Shown here: positions 1 to 11,986 of the stretch, piece after piece
Layout of the letters: every line of letters begins with the position of its first letter
Position numbering within the stretch: the stretch's first letter is position 1
Source: Cycas panzhihuaensis
Lineage: Eukaryota; Plantae; Cycadophyta
NCBI GenBank assembly: GCA_023213395.1
Contig: CM041465.1
Coordinates: 8,184,001 to 8,248,000 of the forward strand
DNA length: 64,000 nt
Direction of reading: 5' to 3'
Notes under the pieces: model-generated
Database searches by the model: none
Told to the model about the DNA's origin: nothing
Seen by the model: the letters and a program-made list of their open reading frames with translations, nothing else
Translations under genes and position numbers: made by a program

Positions 1-218
1 AAACTAAGAAAATAGAGAGATTCTATCACAAATAGAGTCTTTTGAACATCATAGGATCCTTAAATCTCATGGAATTTTATCACAGCATAAATATATCATT
101 CATACATTCAAAGTTCTTAGCTAAGAAAAAATAAAAAGAACAAGTCAAATAAGACAATACGACTAATTTTATATAATATCTAGTCTATTAATAAATTTCT
201 ATCTCAGAATGGCCTTTT

Positions 219-575
219 TGTTAAAATAATATGGAAAGCATTCATCAACATACGCCAAACAAAATTAATGAACAAGAATCACAATGTATTAACTCAATGT
301 CAACATATTACATCATAACACTAACCGTACCATGGACTCTACATGAGTCTCCATGATAACTTGTCTTTCATATACCACCTCAAACACTTTTATATACTAA
401 ATAGGTGGGAGATCACACTACAGATTTAATGCATGTGGCACTATTACCTTTACTCTAACTAATGACATTACACCACTAACTTAACCAATGTTAGGATGAC
501 TAATGACTCTTATGCTCTAATACTTGAGACTATTAATCATAAGACTCACACAACATTAAATATTATATTCTAACA
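219..575 (-). repeat. 3' LTR of the 219-4835 element
   Basis: TG...CA ends, matches 4478-4835, adjacent to the PPT. Confidence 0.93.
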
Positions 576-1046
576 CCTCCCCTTAATGTTAAATGTTTGA
601 ACTAAGGACAATTTGACATAACTGACACACATTGACATAGGACTTGACTTGAGTTTGAGACTACAGATACTAAAGACAACATGACAAAACTGACATAGGA
701 CTTGACCTGAATTATCTTTGAAGTGATGTTTGAACTTCCATCTCTTAAGTCCTGGAATCTTTCTAATGATGATGTCTTGAGCTTTATCTTCATCCAATAC
801 ACTGCAAAATGTGTATGTCTTGTTTGTAATATTACCTCTCGTTTCCTGTTTGATAAATTTTCTTGTGTACTCCTAGGATAAGTATAATCGTCTTGGAATG
901 AATATGAAGTAAATTGACTTGTCTTTATCTATTTCCAAACCTGCTAAGACGATTGACTTTTCAATCCATGGATTACTTCCTTGGAAGGGAATGAGCAATA
1001 ATGATCCATTTCTAAATTTCCTTTGTTCAAAAACAATATACTTTGT

Positions 1047-1960
1047 TCATTTTATGTTATCCAGGGAATTTGTTGTGCCAAGGATGATGAGAGTCTTAAT
1101 TATGATTATACGCACGTATTTCCTTGTTACTGTTACACAAATGCGAAACATTACTTTGATATGATTCAGCTTCAAGGTCAAGAACCCTATCAAAAACCTG
1201 CAATGATCTTGACGCACAAGATTTTGATTATATGATATTCTTACCATATTTCTTATTTCTTTGGAAGAACCTTCTAATGACCTTGTAGGGTATGTTGTCA
1301 TAATTTGAATTTTCTCAAAGATGAACATAGAGATTGAATTGAGATATATTATGGAAAGTCTCCAACATATGCATATCAATATGTATTCTAACATCATTTG
1401 AATTCTAGTCGTAAATTTGTTGACACAAACCAGGGTGATTTTGTCTATACCTTTTGTTAAGCTACTTGTGTCCCCATGGACTATTACCAGTAAAGATTGA
1501 TGTCTGGAATTTTCAACCTCCAAAGCTAGTTCCTTGATGAGACTTAAGATATTTAATGGAGTCAAAACTTTGTCATGCTGTTTTTCCCTTTTTTCTTTTC
1601 TCTTCAACTTCTTTTTCAAGTTCTTTATCTTTTTTATATGCTTTTGTACCTCTTCAGGACCCTGTTCATATACTGCTTTTAACAAGTTCCATGCCTCTTC
1701 AACTAAGTCCATATTTTGAAGTGCTTGTATAAGAAAGTGATATGAGGAGTGAAGGTTCTTCTTATCGAAGGCTACAATCATAGTATCAATGGCTACTCTG
1801 TTTTTCTTTTTGAAGGTTACCTCTCATTCTTCGTTAATTGAAACTTTTCCAAGTACAAGGTTCCATAATCCTTTAATCCTGAAAACACATTCCATTTTGA
1901 TTTTCTAAATTCGAAAGTTATCACCAACATATTTAAGCAAAACTATGTTGGTGTCAGTTA
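1047..1960 (-). pseudogene. Degenerate copia-type gag (DUF4219/UBN2-like N-terminus)
   Basis: Minus strand reads ..KYVGDNFRI*KIKMECVFRIKGLWNLVLG.. and continues into ORF 1047-1781 (..EEAWNLLKAVYEQ..). This fits the copia gag pattern G.NY..W..KM...L...GLW..V / A.EAW..L...Y. In-frame stops are present. Confidence 0.72.
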
Positions 1961-2981
1961 CCTAAAACTCCTTTTTTTTTGCTACAAAGGTAATAATGTC
2001 ACTTAACTTCATGATGTATAAATGTACTAGCTTGTATTCCCTTTCAAGGATCAAGTGCAAAGAAGTCACCTTTGATATCTGAGTCCAACACTCCTTACAG
2101 CTTGGAAAGGGATGCCTAAACGAGGAGTTATAAAGAGTTGTTATCCTCCTTTGAAAGGTCACTATAAGTGAATAATTTCATTTAACATGGCTGGAGCTAA
2201 CCATTTTATGTCATCACAAACTTAATGACAAATGACTCCATAGCTATGATAAGTCGAATAATTTGTTTTTCTTTTCTTTGACCAAAGTGTTCTTTACCAT
2301 TACCTCTAGGAGAATCCTTTGCATGTTGTTGGTGCGACTATGTCAATTTTAAGAGGTGCCAATGGATCTGCTTTCTTAATCTCGACCGCTGTGACTAGTC
2401 TTCCAATGAGTCCACTAGTAGGTGCACTCTAGTTCTGAATTACGTGCCTACTACGTTTTTTCAAATCCGACTCAATTCTTCATTAGTCGTATTAGAACTG
2501 ATGTAGTTGCTTACGTTGTCTATCCGCAAGCTTGAAAGAATAGAGAATATGCCACACAACCAAGCATAGAGTAGCACATGATTCTAAGGCACACATATTG
2601 GTGTAGACACTGAACAAGTGGAATCGCTTGATAATCTCCTCTCACAGTCAACAAACTGCAACAGATGAAGCTTGAGTTTTGCCACAACAAGACAGTCTTA
2701 TTGTTCTCTTAGGACTGAATAGTACTTTTACACAGCACTGGGCACAGATCTCCACAGCTCAACTACCCAGCAAACACAATGAATTGTGGCATGGCTTGTA
2801 AGATTCAGATTTGGTTCAATGGTTGCCTAATGAACAGAAAGGGCCATAAAGTTTGCTCAGTAGTCCTACAAAATGGGATTGGTCTAAAAAATTCCCAATA
2901 TTATAAATTCCTATCACTCTGGTAGCATAACGCCATGCAATTCAACTGTTTTGAGACCGTAGTTATTCCTTTTAGCTAGAC

Positions 2982-3245
2982 ACGAATACTTCAAGTAGGA
3001 CTTTGTATTTGTTATCAACTCTTCTGTCGTTGTGGGATGAATTCCTACTGTTGCAACGAAGTCTGCTTTTGTTAACTCAGCTTTTACAACAATTGTAACC
3101 CCCTGCAAAATCTCAGAAGTGTCATCCCCACACATATGGACTCTTATAACCTTGTTTGTTGCTACACACACAATTATAAAAAATTGATCAGGAAGCCCTG
3201 ACAGTGTAGCTTTCATGGGTCGAAAGTTGTGAACGCATCATCATC
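2982..3245 (-). pseudogene. GR: Captured C-terminal fragment (dimerisation domain) of plastid-type glutathione reductase
   Basis: [69 protein letters not shown], then after a frameshift QSPT*SIR. This is collinear with the plant plastid GR C-terminus ([14 protein letters not shown]...VHMCG.D.PEI.QG..VAVKAGLTKADFDATVG.HPT..EE..TMR.PTRK.R), including the catalytic HPT..EE motif. Confidence 0.9.
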
Positions 3246-4477
3246 TCATGGAGACTATGTTCAATTGGCAGTGAACAAGTAGACAATAGTTTTTAGCAGT
3301 ACTCAGATTTGGTCACACAGTCAAAGTCACAGTTCTGCAGTCAATCACAACAGTCTTGTAGTCTTTGAATATTCCCAGCAGTGAAAAACAAGTTTACAGC
3401 GGGCACATCATTAAGAGATCTGACACTTTGCAAACACAGTCAATGAAAATGGAGAGAATCCCTTATATTAATGATTGTAATATGAGTTATTGGCCATACT
3501 TCCCCTGTGATTAACTTGCTTATCTACAACTATCAGGAAATACGTCGTCTTCCATTGCAACATTTCACCATAGTAGTACTCAGACTTTCCAATAACCAGA
3601 CAACAAGCTCTATTCAACGCTCCATCAGAAATCCTTCAAGGCCAAAGATGTATATCTCAGAGAAAACTGGATGAATGGAGATCTTACGACGTTGCTTGGT
3701 TTGCCCTCGTCCCTCACTGTACTCACATAGATATGGAAGCCTGGAACACTTTAAGGCCTAGAACTTCTCTTTCAATCAAAAAAGGGGCAACTTGGAGATA
3801 GCAGGCATTAAGAGTGGTTCAATTGATTCAACTGGACTAATCAAACCATCTGCAAAAGATCGTTTGAAATCTGCATTCATGTAGAAGCTTCAGAAATCTG
3901 GAGGATCTGGAAGAGTTGCTTATCTTTTCAAGGATTGTCTCCAGACTGTCACATCTGTAATTACCACAGATGTTCACACCAGACAGGGATCTCGCCTCTT
4001 CCCAGAATTTATTATGGATGGGATTTATGACATCACAGAATTGACAGGGGCATATAAGAGAAACAGAGGGCTAAATTTTCAGGACAAATAAGATCTTCTT
4101 TCAGCCATAAACCTTTATCCCTATAAAGATTTTTTATATACTTAGGAATTGATTTTACTCAGTATTTTAGCACAAGTCTAGCTAGTACAAACCTTTTATT
4201 TTCAGATGGAATTCAAAGGCTATCCATATGTCATCAAAAATTCACATCAACACAAGATTCTTTCTTCAAAATAATCAAAGGAATAGTATTACCTGGAGAG
4301 ATTTTATCTTCCATCAGCCTTGGCTTGAATGGTGTCTTCAGAAAACAAATCCTCAACCTGGCATAAATGAATCTATAGAGCCACCTCCTTGGTTGAATGC
4401 TCTATCCTTCACTGGAATCCTCTTCTCTCAATCTTCTCACTCTTCTTCTTACAACAGGATGGCCTGCTCTGATACCA

Positions 4478-4835
4478 TGTTAAAATAACATGGAAAGCAT
4501 TCATCAACATACACCAAACAAAATCAATGAACAAGAATCACAATATATTAACTCAACGTCAACAGATTACATCAGAACAATAATCATACTATGGACTCTA
4601 CATGAGTCTCTATGATAACTTGTCTTTCATATACCACCTCAACCACTTTTATATACTAAGTAAGTGGAAGATCACACTATAGATCTAATGCATGTGGGAC
4701 TATTACCTTTACTCTAACTAATGACATTACACCACTAACTTAACCAATGTTAGGATGACAAATGACTCTTTACGCTCTAATACTTGAGACTATTGATCCT
4801 AAAACTCACACAACATTAAATATTATATTTTAGCA
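4478..4835 (-). repeat. 5' LTR of the 219-4835 element
   Basis: TG...CA ends, adjacent to the tRNA-Met PBS, flanked by TSD CTTTT. Confidence 0.93.
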
Positions 4836-4840
4836 CTTTT

Positions 4841-5500
4841 CTCTTTCATGCAACCAAACCTCTTCAAATTTTTCGTTTAAAACCAATAAGAAAAAAAGAA
4901 AAAACATGTGAACAATCAGTTCAACAACAACCACAAACAAGCAAAGGCAAAACTAAACCTCTTGAGGACTTGAATAACTAAAAAAGAATGAGAGAGAGCA
5001 ATTATCCTTATAGTCAAGAGATGAACATTCCTCACAATAGTCTACCCCTTTTCTTTTCACAAAGGGTTGACCTTTCAACCAAGTTTCATAAGGAAAAATC
5101 GTAAACAAAAGTATCTCAAATTTCAACAAGAAGAGAGGAATAATTCTTATTACAAACAGTCACCAAAAGAAAAACAGAATTGCAAGAAACTGAAAAAGAA
5201 AGATCTTACTATGAAAGAAAAGTTTGAAACTAAAACTTTTGTTGAAAAAACACATACTTTAGAAGCATCAATCAGTGAAATTTGTGCAACAAGAAGTCAA
5301 TAAATAGAACTTCAAATTTTCTTCCTTGAGCTTCACTTTTTCTTCAAAAATAGTTTTCTAAATAGCAGTTAAGAAATCTCTCAAAATCTTAAGAAAAAAT
5401 CCACAAAATTTGATCTCTAACTCATCAATTCATGAATAATACAACATACTAAGGTTTTAAAAGGTTCTAGGATGAAAGATGTAGGTTTTCATCAAATCTA
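4841..5500 (-). mobile_element. Probable old copia 5' leader remnant (host of the 219-4835 insertion)
   Basis: Minus strand has hairpin GGTTGA-aagg-TCAACC followed by TATTGTGAGG, resembling the leader motif of the copia elements at ~56464 and ~61021. No coding evidence; boundaries are approximate. Confidence 0.3.
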
Positions 5501-5759
5501 GGCGACGATATGCAAAATTAGCACATTAAAAAAAAAATTACATGCATGACTGTAATGTTACATAGGCTATAGTCTAGTTAGGATACTGTCAACATGGTTA
5601 TTCACATACATTCCACAGATTATTCACAGAATTATACCACAATGGTACACGAAAGACAAAAAATCAACACATACTCAGCACTTCATCATCATAACACAAA
5701 GAATACACAGCTTTCCACGTAACTCTTCTTTTCATTAAGTAATCAGTTCAATTACACAG

Positions 5760-6327
5760 AGGGCTGAAATGCATTCCTGTGGATTCCAGCAGCATACATT
5801 CTTCCTGTTACATGCGTACCCAGATGGTACTTATCACTGAATACCGCTCCAACTGGCTGTCATACTTGCTGGCATCCGCACCTTTGCGTACCCTTGATAG
5901 TCGGCTATCACCATAACCGGATGGTTCATGCGTACCTCCTTAAGTATGCTTCTTTGTACCTTTTGGCTGAAGGGTTATGACTGCCTGTCATAACCGTACC
6001 CCTTCAGTCATACATACCCTTTCCTTAATCATTAGTTATGCACTTACTAATATCTTCATTAAGTTCGTACATCCAGACGTCGACAACTTCCTGTGCCTCC
6101 ACCGGTCTTGTCGCCGCGGCGTACCGCCTGCTCAGGGCCTGCTCCGCCACCGACACGCCTCGTGGTACGCACTGCCCGGTGCACGCACCGTCATACTGCA
6201 CTAGAATGCTGATTTTTTCACTGTTCTGCCTCGTGCGTATCTCCGTACGGTCCGTACCTGCACATCTTAGGTTACCCGGCCTACCTCTGGTCTTCCAATA
6301 GCCATATGATCACTTTATACCCCAACA
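5760..6327. repeat. CpG-rich, GTAC-rich segment, probably an LTR fragment
   Basis: Sharp GC/CpG rise with 11 GTAC motifs in 5816-6257. It ends in ...TATACCCCAACA (LTR-like end) directly against a copia RT fragment. The other end was not found. Confidence 0.4.
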
Positions 6328-6331
6328 ATCA

Positions 6332-6990
6332 TTACTTTGAAATGATAAATCTAAAAATTTCATTGCTTCCTTAGAGTGGAAATATGGTAAAAGCCTAAGC
6401 ATGTCTCCATCTCACAAACAAATTATACTTTAAATTTTCTGAAAAGTTTTAGAACGGATGATTGTAAACCTATATCTAACTTCATAAAGACAAGTTTTAA
6501 ATTAATAGCAAAAGATAGTGGAGCAGATATTGATTCTATATTATACAATCAACTAGTAGAAAGTCTAATATACTTGATTACTATCAGACCTAATATATAT
6601 TTTGTAATTGAAATAGTGTCTAAGTTTATGGCAATGCCAAAACACAGTCACTAAAAAGCTACAAAGAAGATCCTCAAATCTTGAAAGAGATAATTCACTA
6701 TGGATTCAAATTCTAGCATAACAATAGTTCCAAATTAATAAAATTCATAATTCTTATTGAATCGAATGTGAAGATCATATAAGGCCAATTTATGTGTATT
6801 GTTTTGGCTTAAATTTAACTATTGTCACATAAAGTAGAAAAGAGCAATCAAATACTGCTTTATCCTCTACTGAGACAGAGTACAAGGCTACAATTACTAT
6901 AGATACAAAAACTATTTGGTTAGGTTAGATTCTAGAGGGCATAAAATTATAATAATTAGAACTAACTATCTTGTACTTTGGTAATCAACC
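6332..6990 (+). pseudogene. Ty1/copia reverse transcriptase-RNase H remnant
   Basis: FEMINL..HCFLRVEIW, ISQTK, LYNQLVESLIYLITIRPNI..V..VSKFMAMPKHSH*KATKKILK, and RNase H EQSNTALSSTETEYKA..KTIWL..IL..TILYFGNQ. Many stops and frameshifts. Confidence 0.88.
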
Positions 6991-8346
6991 TCCCCTTTAA
7001 TATCTGTATTATATTAAATATAAGAATGTTTTATATGGGTGATATGTGACATATTAAGTAGAATTATTACTCTCTAATATTATATTTAATTACGTATAAG
7101 TTATTTGAAAATAATATTAGCTAGAATTAAACATTAAGAAAAACCGACATAGCATACGCAATAAATGCTAGAATACAAATGCAATAAATATATAGTGAGG
7201 TGCAAAGAAAATTGTAAAATAGTAATGGTAACTACAAGGCAATAATAGATATAAGCAAAAGAAGTAAGGTATTCACATAAGGATATTTGGCAACTTTAGA
7301 GACAAACTTAGAATCACCCTAAATGGGTATTATTAGAGAGAAATTTTTAAATAATGCCCATATTAAATTTATTCCCAATATGACATATACGAAAAGTGAA
7401 GAGTAAAGATTAGTGAGATAGTTTAATATGAGACATTTATTGATTATTATAACATTCTCTTATATTTTTCTTTGTATTTTTTGTTTTTCGTACATGTTTC
7501 TAGCCTCTTGTGATCCAAATCTCTTTGTTTGCTCATGCAACAAATAGTTTCATAGGACAGACTCCCATAACCAATTAGGGACGAGAAAAGGTTTTGTATT
7601 TGATTTATATGTTGTCAATACAGTAACAACTATTATGTGATTAAAATGTAAAACTTTATTTTTCTTGGTGAATGAGAAGAGGGAAGGGTACAAAAACTCA
7701 ACATAACTGCCTAATGCAAATAGAAACAAATTCTTGGTGGTTGAAGACATATGCACCCAAGGTTCTCGACCATTCGACTCTAAGCACAACATCACACCAT
7801 CTAATGTTCAATGTATAATCCATAAAGAACAATATCTTGATGAGCTAGAGGAGTTGATAGTTTCTCTCCCCATTGCATGCAATTGAATTTTCTCCTAATA
7901 CATCTCACTTTCCTTTACCAATGTGAAAGCCTAGTCTCTTAGCGATGTTCGTATTATTAAAATTACAGGATTTATTAGTAGCAATAACTTCAATTTTCAA
8001 ATATATACCTATATACTTCAATGGTATTAGGTTGTGTTGTTGCAACCATTGATATCTCCAAATGCTTATTGTCTATTGCTATAACATTCAAAACTTCCTT
8101 GTATCATTGGTCATTTAAGAGGCCTAGTAGTGCTTCCTCTTCTACGATTTTTTCATTGGCACCCACTTCTTCGATATATGCCTATTTCCTTCAAGAAGGT
8201 AAACAACTACCATTTTTCCCATCTTTAACTGTAATCATATCAAAGCCCTTGTGCCCTTCTCCAACTCATTTCTACATCCTCCTCCTTAATGAACAAATTA
8301 GGGTTTGAAGGTTGGATACTTAGACTATTGGTTTATATGAGCAAAC

Positions 8347-9527
8347 TGTCACGGGTTGCCATTACACCAAAAGCCCCAGAGTAATTTGGGAAGAGGATTT
8401 CCTTGTGATGGTTAGCGTCACGCGCTCCAACACTCCCCTTTTACAAGGAGTCGGTTGTACCTACACGAATTGGCATGTCCACCACGGCGTTCTTCAGCAG
8501 GACACAACGCCTTCACGGATATCCGGGTGCGCTACTGCAGTACACAAGACCAGTTTTGAACCCTAGTCGCTCTGATATCACTTGTCACAGGTTGCCATTA
8601 CACCAAAAACCCCAGTTATTTTTACATGGCATTCAAGAACAAGAGCACTTTCCTTAAAATCAACTCATCTCAACAAGGAGTAGTGGAGTCAGAACTTTAG
8701 GTGCTCGAAGCAGGGTGGAAGCGTCTGGGATGCGGAAACTTTGCCACCAACTCTTAGGAGGAGGGTTGGACAAGTTCTCAGCGGGAGGACTTGGATGATC
8801 CCAGGTGACGCAACATGAGCGAAGGAGTTGATGGGTGGGCCGTGACTTTTTGTGTGCAGAAGCACCGAGGGAGGCAGCACACCATGTAGAGCGCCAACAG
8901 AAGGCAACATGTTGTTCTTATGTGCAAGGGATGTCACCAGTGTGTACAGATGCGCCGACGAGAAGCAGTGCGCGAGACGGGGATCAGGTCTGGCATGGGC
9001 CAGAAGGAGATGGAGTCGAGGAGGACTTCTCTCGTGAAGGAGCACTAGAGACGAACTTCTAGTGTTCAGACAGGGTGGAAGCGTCGAGGATGCAGAAACT
9101 GTCACTAGTTCTCAGGAGGAGGGCTGGACCAGTTCTCAGGAGGAGGGTTGGATGTTCCCAGGTGATGCAGCAGGAGCGAGGGAGTTGATGGATGGGCCGT
9201 GACTTTCTGTGTGCAGAACTGTCGATTGAGGCAGCACACCATGGAAAGCGCCGACTGAGGCAACATGCAATTCTTGGGTGTAGAGGATGTCACCAGTGTG
9301 TACAGAAGCACCGACGGGAGGTAGTGCACGAGATGGGGAACAGGTGTATCAATTTCCAGTTCTAAGAGGCAGCGCTGGAGCTTCTCTCTCTGTCTTGAGG
9401 GCAAGGCAGAGCAGGGCGTTGATTCGGGCCACACCAGCGCCGAGGGCGTCGCTGACTTGTAGGTAAGGGAAGTCGGCAAAATGGATTTGTAGCCCCGAGG
9501 CTTTTGGTGTAATGGCAACCTGTGACA
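8347..9527 (-). mobile_element. Young non-autonomous element: one 945-bp LTR with ~29-bp terminal inverted repeats, PBS, and a ~33-bp second LTR end
   Basis: TSD CAAAC at 8342-8346 and 9528-9532. TGTCAC(G/A)GGTTGCCATTACACCAAAA(G/A)CC occurs at 8347 and 8583, with its reverse complement ending at 9527. PBS-Met (GCTCTGATATCA, 1 mismatch) at 8569-8580. PPT-like CTCCCCTTTT at 8433-8442. CpG-rich. Confidence 0.88.
8711..9346. repeat. Two diverged tandem copies (period 360 bp) inside the long LTR
   Basis: CAGGGTGGAAGCGTC at 8711 and 9071, followed by collinear blocks (GGGCCGTGACTTT, GAGGCAGCACACCATG, GGATGTCACCAGTGTGTACAGA). Confidence 0.88.
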
Positions 9528-10419
9528 CAAACTTCTATTGAGTGGCATAAACATTAACTTTTACTAAAATACAACTTATTTACTAATTACAAGTTAACTA
9601 GCTTCGGTCTAACAAGCAAGGCAAATGGCTCTTTCAAATGTTTTGGGTTTGAATCAATTTATGTCTTCACATACTTCTATTTGTAAATTGCTTATATAAA
9701 AGGGTAGATCCTCCTTAGACTTTGTGGCAACCTTAATTTGCAAGGATTTAAGAGCCCTTGTGTACTCAAGTGCAATTCCATTTTCTTAGAAACAAAGTTA
9801 ATTGCACATGATATGGGTCACCCTAATTGTCTTTTGTTTGTTCTCTGGAAGCCTCATTATCTAATCAAATAGTGCTACTTAAAAATGATTTCTTTTCCAA
9901 CTAATAGTCCATAGATATATAGAGTCCATTAGGTATTCAATGATAAAGGCTACCTAGTACTCAACTTGGTTGATACCAAACATTATGAACGAGTTCATCA
10001 TTTTTACCATCCATTTGTCCATTGCTGGTTCTACCACGAAATAGATGACAAACTTAACATTGTGCAGAAAAATTTGAGATCATTCCTCACCTAACCACTT
10101 TAAGGTTGTTGCATGTTTCTTATCGAAGGTCGACATTATGTCTGTGTCATTTGAAGAAAGCTTGTAGTTCCCTAAATTGATCATCTATTATATCTTTCAA
10201 TTCCTTAGATTCTATGGGTTTGAAGTGTGGCATTCCTTTTCTCTTAGTATATTCAATGGTATTGGGCTCATGAGTCCCCGAACAAAGCTCCAAAGAACGA
10301 CCTCAAAAAACTTCTATGATGAACCTAGGTCAGAGATTTGCAAGCAAAATTCAAATAAAATTAGGGGAATAACTAAATAAAGTCCAGTAATGTTCATTTG
10401 TTCCCCAAGGGATGAAAAC

Positions 10420-10607
10420 CAAAGGAAAATAGGAAGAGAATACGAAATCTAATGATAAATGTCTTGTGAACTCATTCTTAAATACCACTAGTTTGTGACA
10501 TTTGAGAAACATGACAAAGGGAAAACAGGAAGAGAATAAGCAATCTGATGATAAATGTCATGTAAAGTTATTCTTAAATACCACTAGTTGATGATGTTTG
10601 GGAAATA
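10420..10607. repeat. ~96-bp tandem duplication
   Basis: AGGAAGAGAATA..AATCT.ATGATAAATGTC.TGT.AA.T.ATTCTTAAATACCACTAGTT occurs twice (units start ~10420 and ~10515). Confidence 0.85.
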
Positions 10608-11986
10608 CCAGCTCTATTAAGTGACAGGTCCACAACACCATTTGTACATTAATATCACATACTTCTACTCCAATACTGAATTCCTTGGTTAATTATCCAT
10701 GAACAGTTTAATCTTCACTGAAAGCGTAAAGCACCGTAGGAACCAATTCTTGACTCTTTCCTCCCATGCACAATCAAAACCTCCTATCACATACTGTCAT
10801 TTTGAACCTTCAAAAAAGAGGGGGACAAAATCAGATTCTTCCTCCACTTGTCTCTCCCCTCTTCTAAGACTGCACCAAAAACTAGTATGAATGTCTATGT
10901 AGCAAGAGCCAAAAAACTTCAAATAATGATAAAAGATAGAAGGTAGATCAAAATCTTACCATCATTAATCATTAAGACATTCTATTAAAAAATTGGCAAG
11001 ATGCACCATGCACAAAGAAAAAGACAGGAGCATACAAAAATTAAGGAATGGAGGTTTGAGTGTTGCAGCACTCACAAGAGAGTCAGTACCTTTCATCAGC
11101 TGATGCAGAATGGCCTAATATATTCCACTTAATAGATACCATCCCAATATGCTTTAAACAGAAGCAAATAAAAAGCCAGACAACATGATATACAACCTCC
11201 ACTGATATACCATTTTCTACCAGATGGAACAGGTAGCTTATAATGCCCTGTCACAGTTTACGAACATGGGCATAAATTGTGCCAATGCACAGTTTCCATT
11301 GGACACATCCTAGGAAATGCGCGTACACTACCTAAAAGCCACTCTAGAACATTCCCACTACATCTACTAAAATATTTATGAAGCATAATTGCCCATCTGC
11401 TAGTCATCTGACCTAGAAGCAAGGATCTTACCCATATTCCAAGAAAACACAAAAACCCCAGTTCAGTATGTAATTTAGCAATATAGATTTCTTTTATAGA
11501 TATTGAAAAAGTTGCCAATAGAGATCAGTCCATAGCCAAAACTGATTTAGAGACAAGACTACATATGTCCATGAAAACAATTTTATAATCACTTTCCATA
11601 CACTACAAAAGACAAAAGACAATGCAGTGTCACTTTGAGAGGTCCATGGGCAGAATTAAAATAAGTTCTAAACAGGGTACTGATAAATTGTTAAATTTGT
11701 CAACTAGAACAAACCGCTCCCCACCGACTTACAGAAGGATCTCCCTATAAATTTCCAGTCACACATAACAGGCTACAAAAAATTGTAGAAATAAAAATTT
11801 GGATTAGCTGCATCAAACACATCTAACTTTACAAACAGTAGAGCATGAAATCTACATGCAGCACCAGAACAAATTCCTTACACTAACTCAAGTCTATTCT
11901 ACTCTGGAAATCTCATGATATCTTAGAATATAATTTCTAACCACAGGTCCACATAAGGCTTTGGGAAAACATTATAACAGTTCCAA

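Larger units (their letters stand above)
219..4835 (-). mobile_element. Non-autonomous LTR retrotransposon (gag-only, TR-GAG-like, copia-type gag) carrying a captured host gene fragment
   Basis: Direct repeats at 219-575 and 4478-4835 (TGTTAAAATAA...TAACA/TAGCA; about 26 substitutions plus 1 indel counted by eye). TSD CTTTT at 214-218 and 4836-4840. tRNA-iMet PBS (GCTCTGATACCA, revcomp of TGGTATCAGAGC) at 4466-4477. PPT (CCTCCCCTTAA on +) at 576-586. Degenerate gag is present; no PR/INT/RT/RH motifs were seen. Confidence 0.93.
7550..10250 (-). mobile_element. Ty3/gypsy (chromovirus-type) gag-protease relic, interrupted by the 8347-9527 insertion
   Basis: Gag core ..LEYTRALKSL..SKEDLPFYISNLQIEVCEDIN*FKPKTFERAICLA.. 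lies right of the insertion. A degenerate knuckle RRAQGL*YDYS*RWEKW and protease tail GCDVVLRVEWSRTLG lie left of it. A possible decayed 3' LTR lies at ~7005-7454. Confidence 0.75.

Noticed and set aside
8375-8420. Possible Cassandra TRIM (5S rRNA-derived LTR) from AGAGTA..TGGGAAG..CCTTGTG
   Set aside because: The similarity is too short and the GGATGGGTGACC core is absent.
8475-9554. ORFs of 60-149 aa in the GC-rich element
   Set aside because: They overlap on both strands within an LTR tandem repeat and show no recognisable domain.
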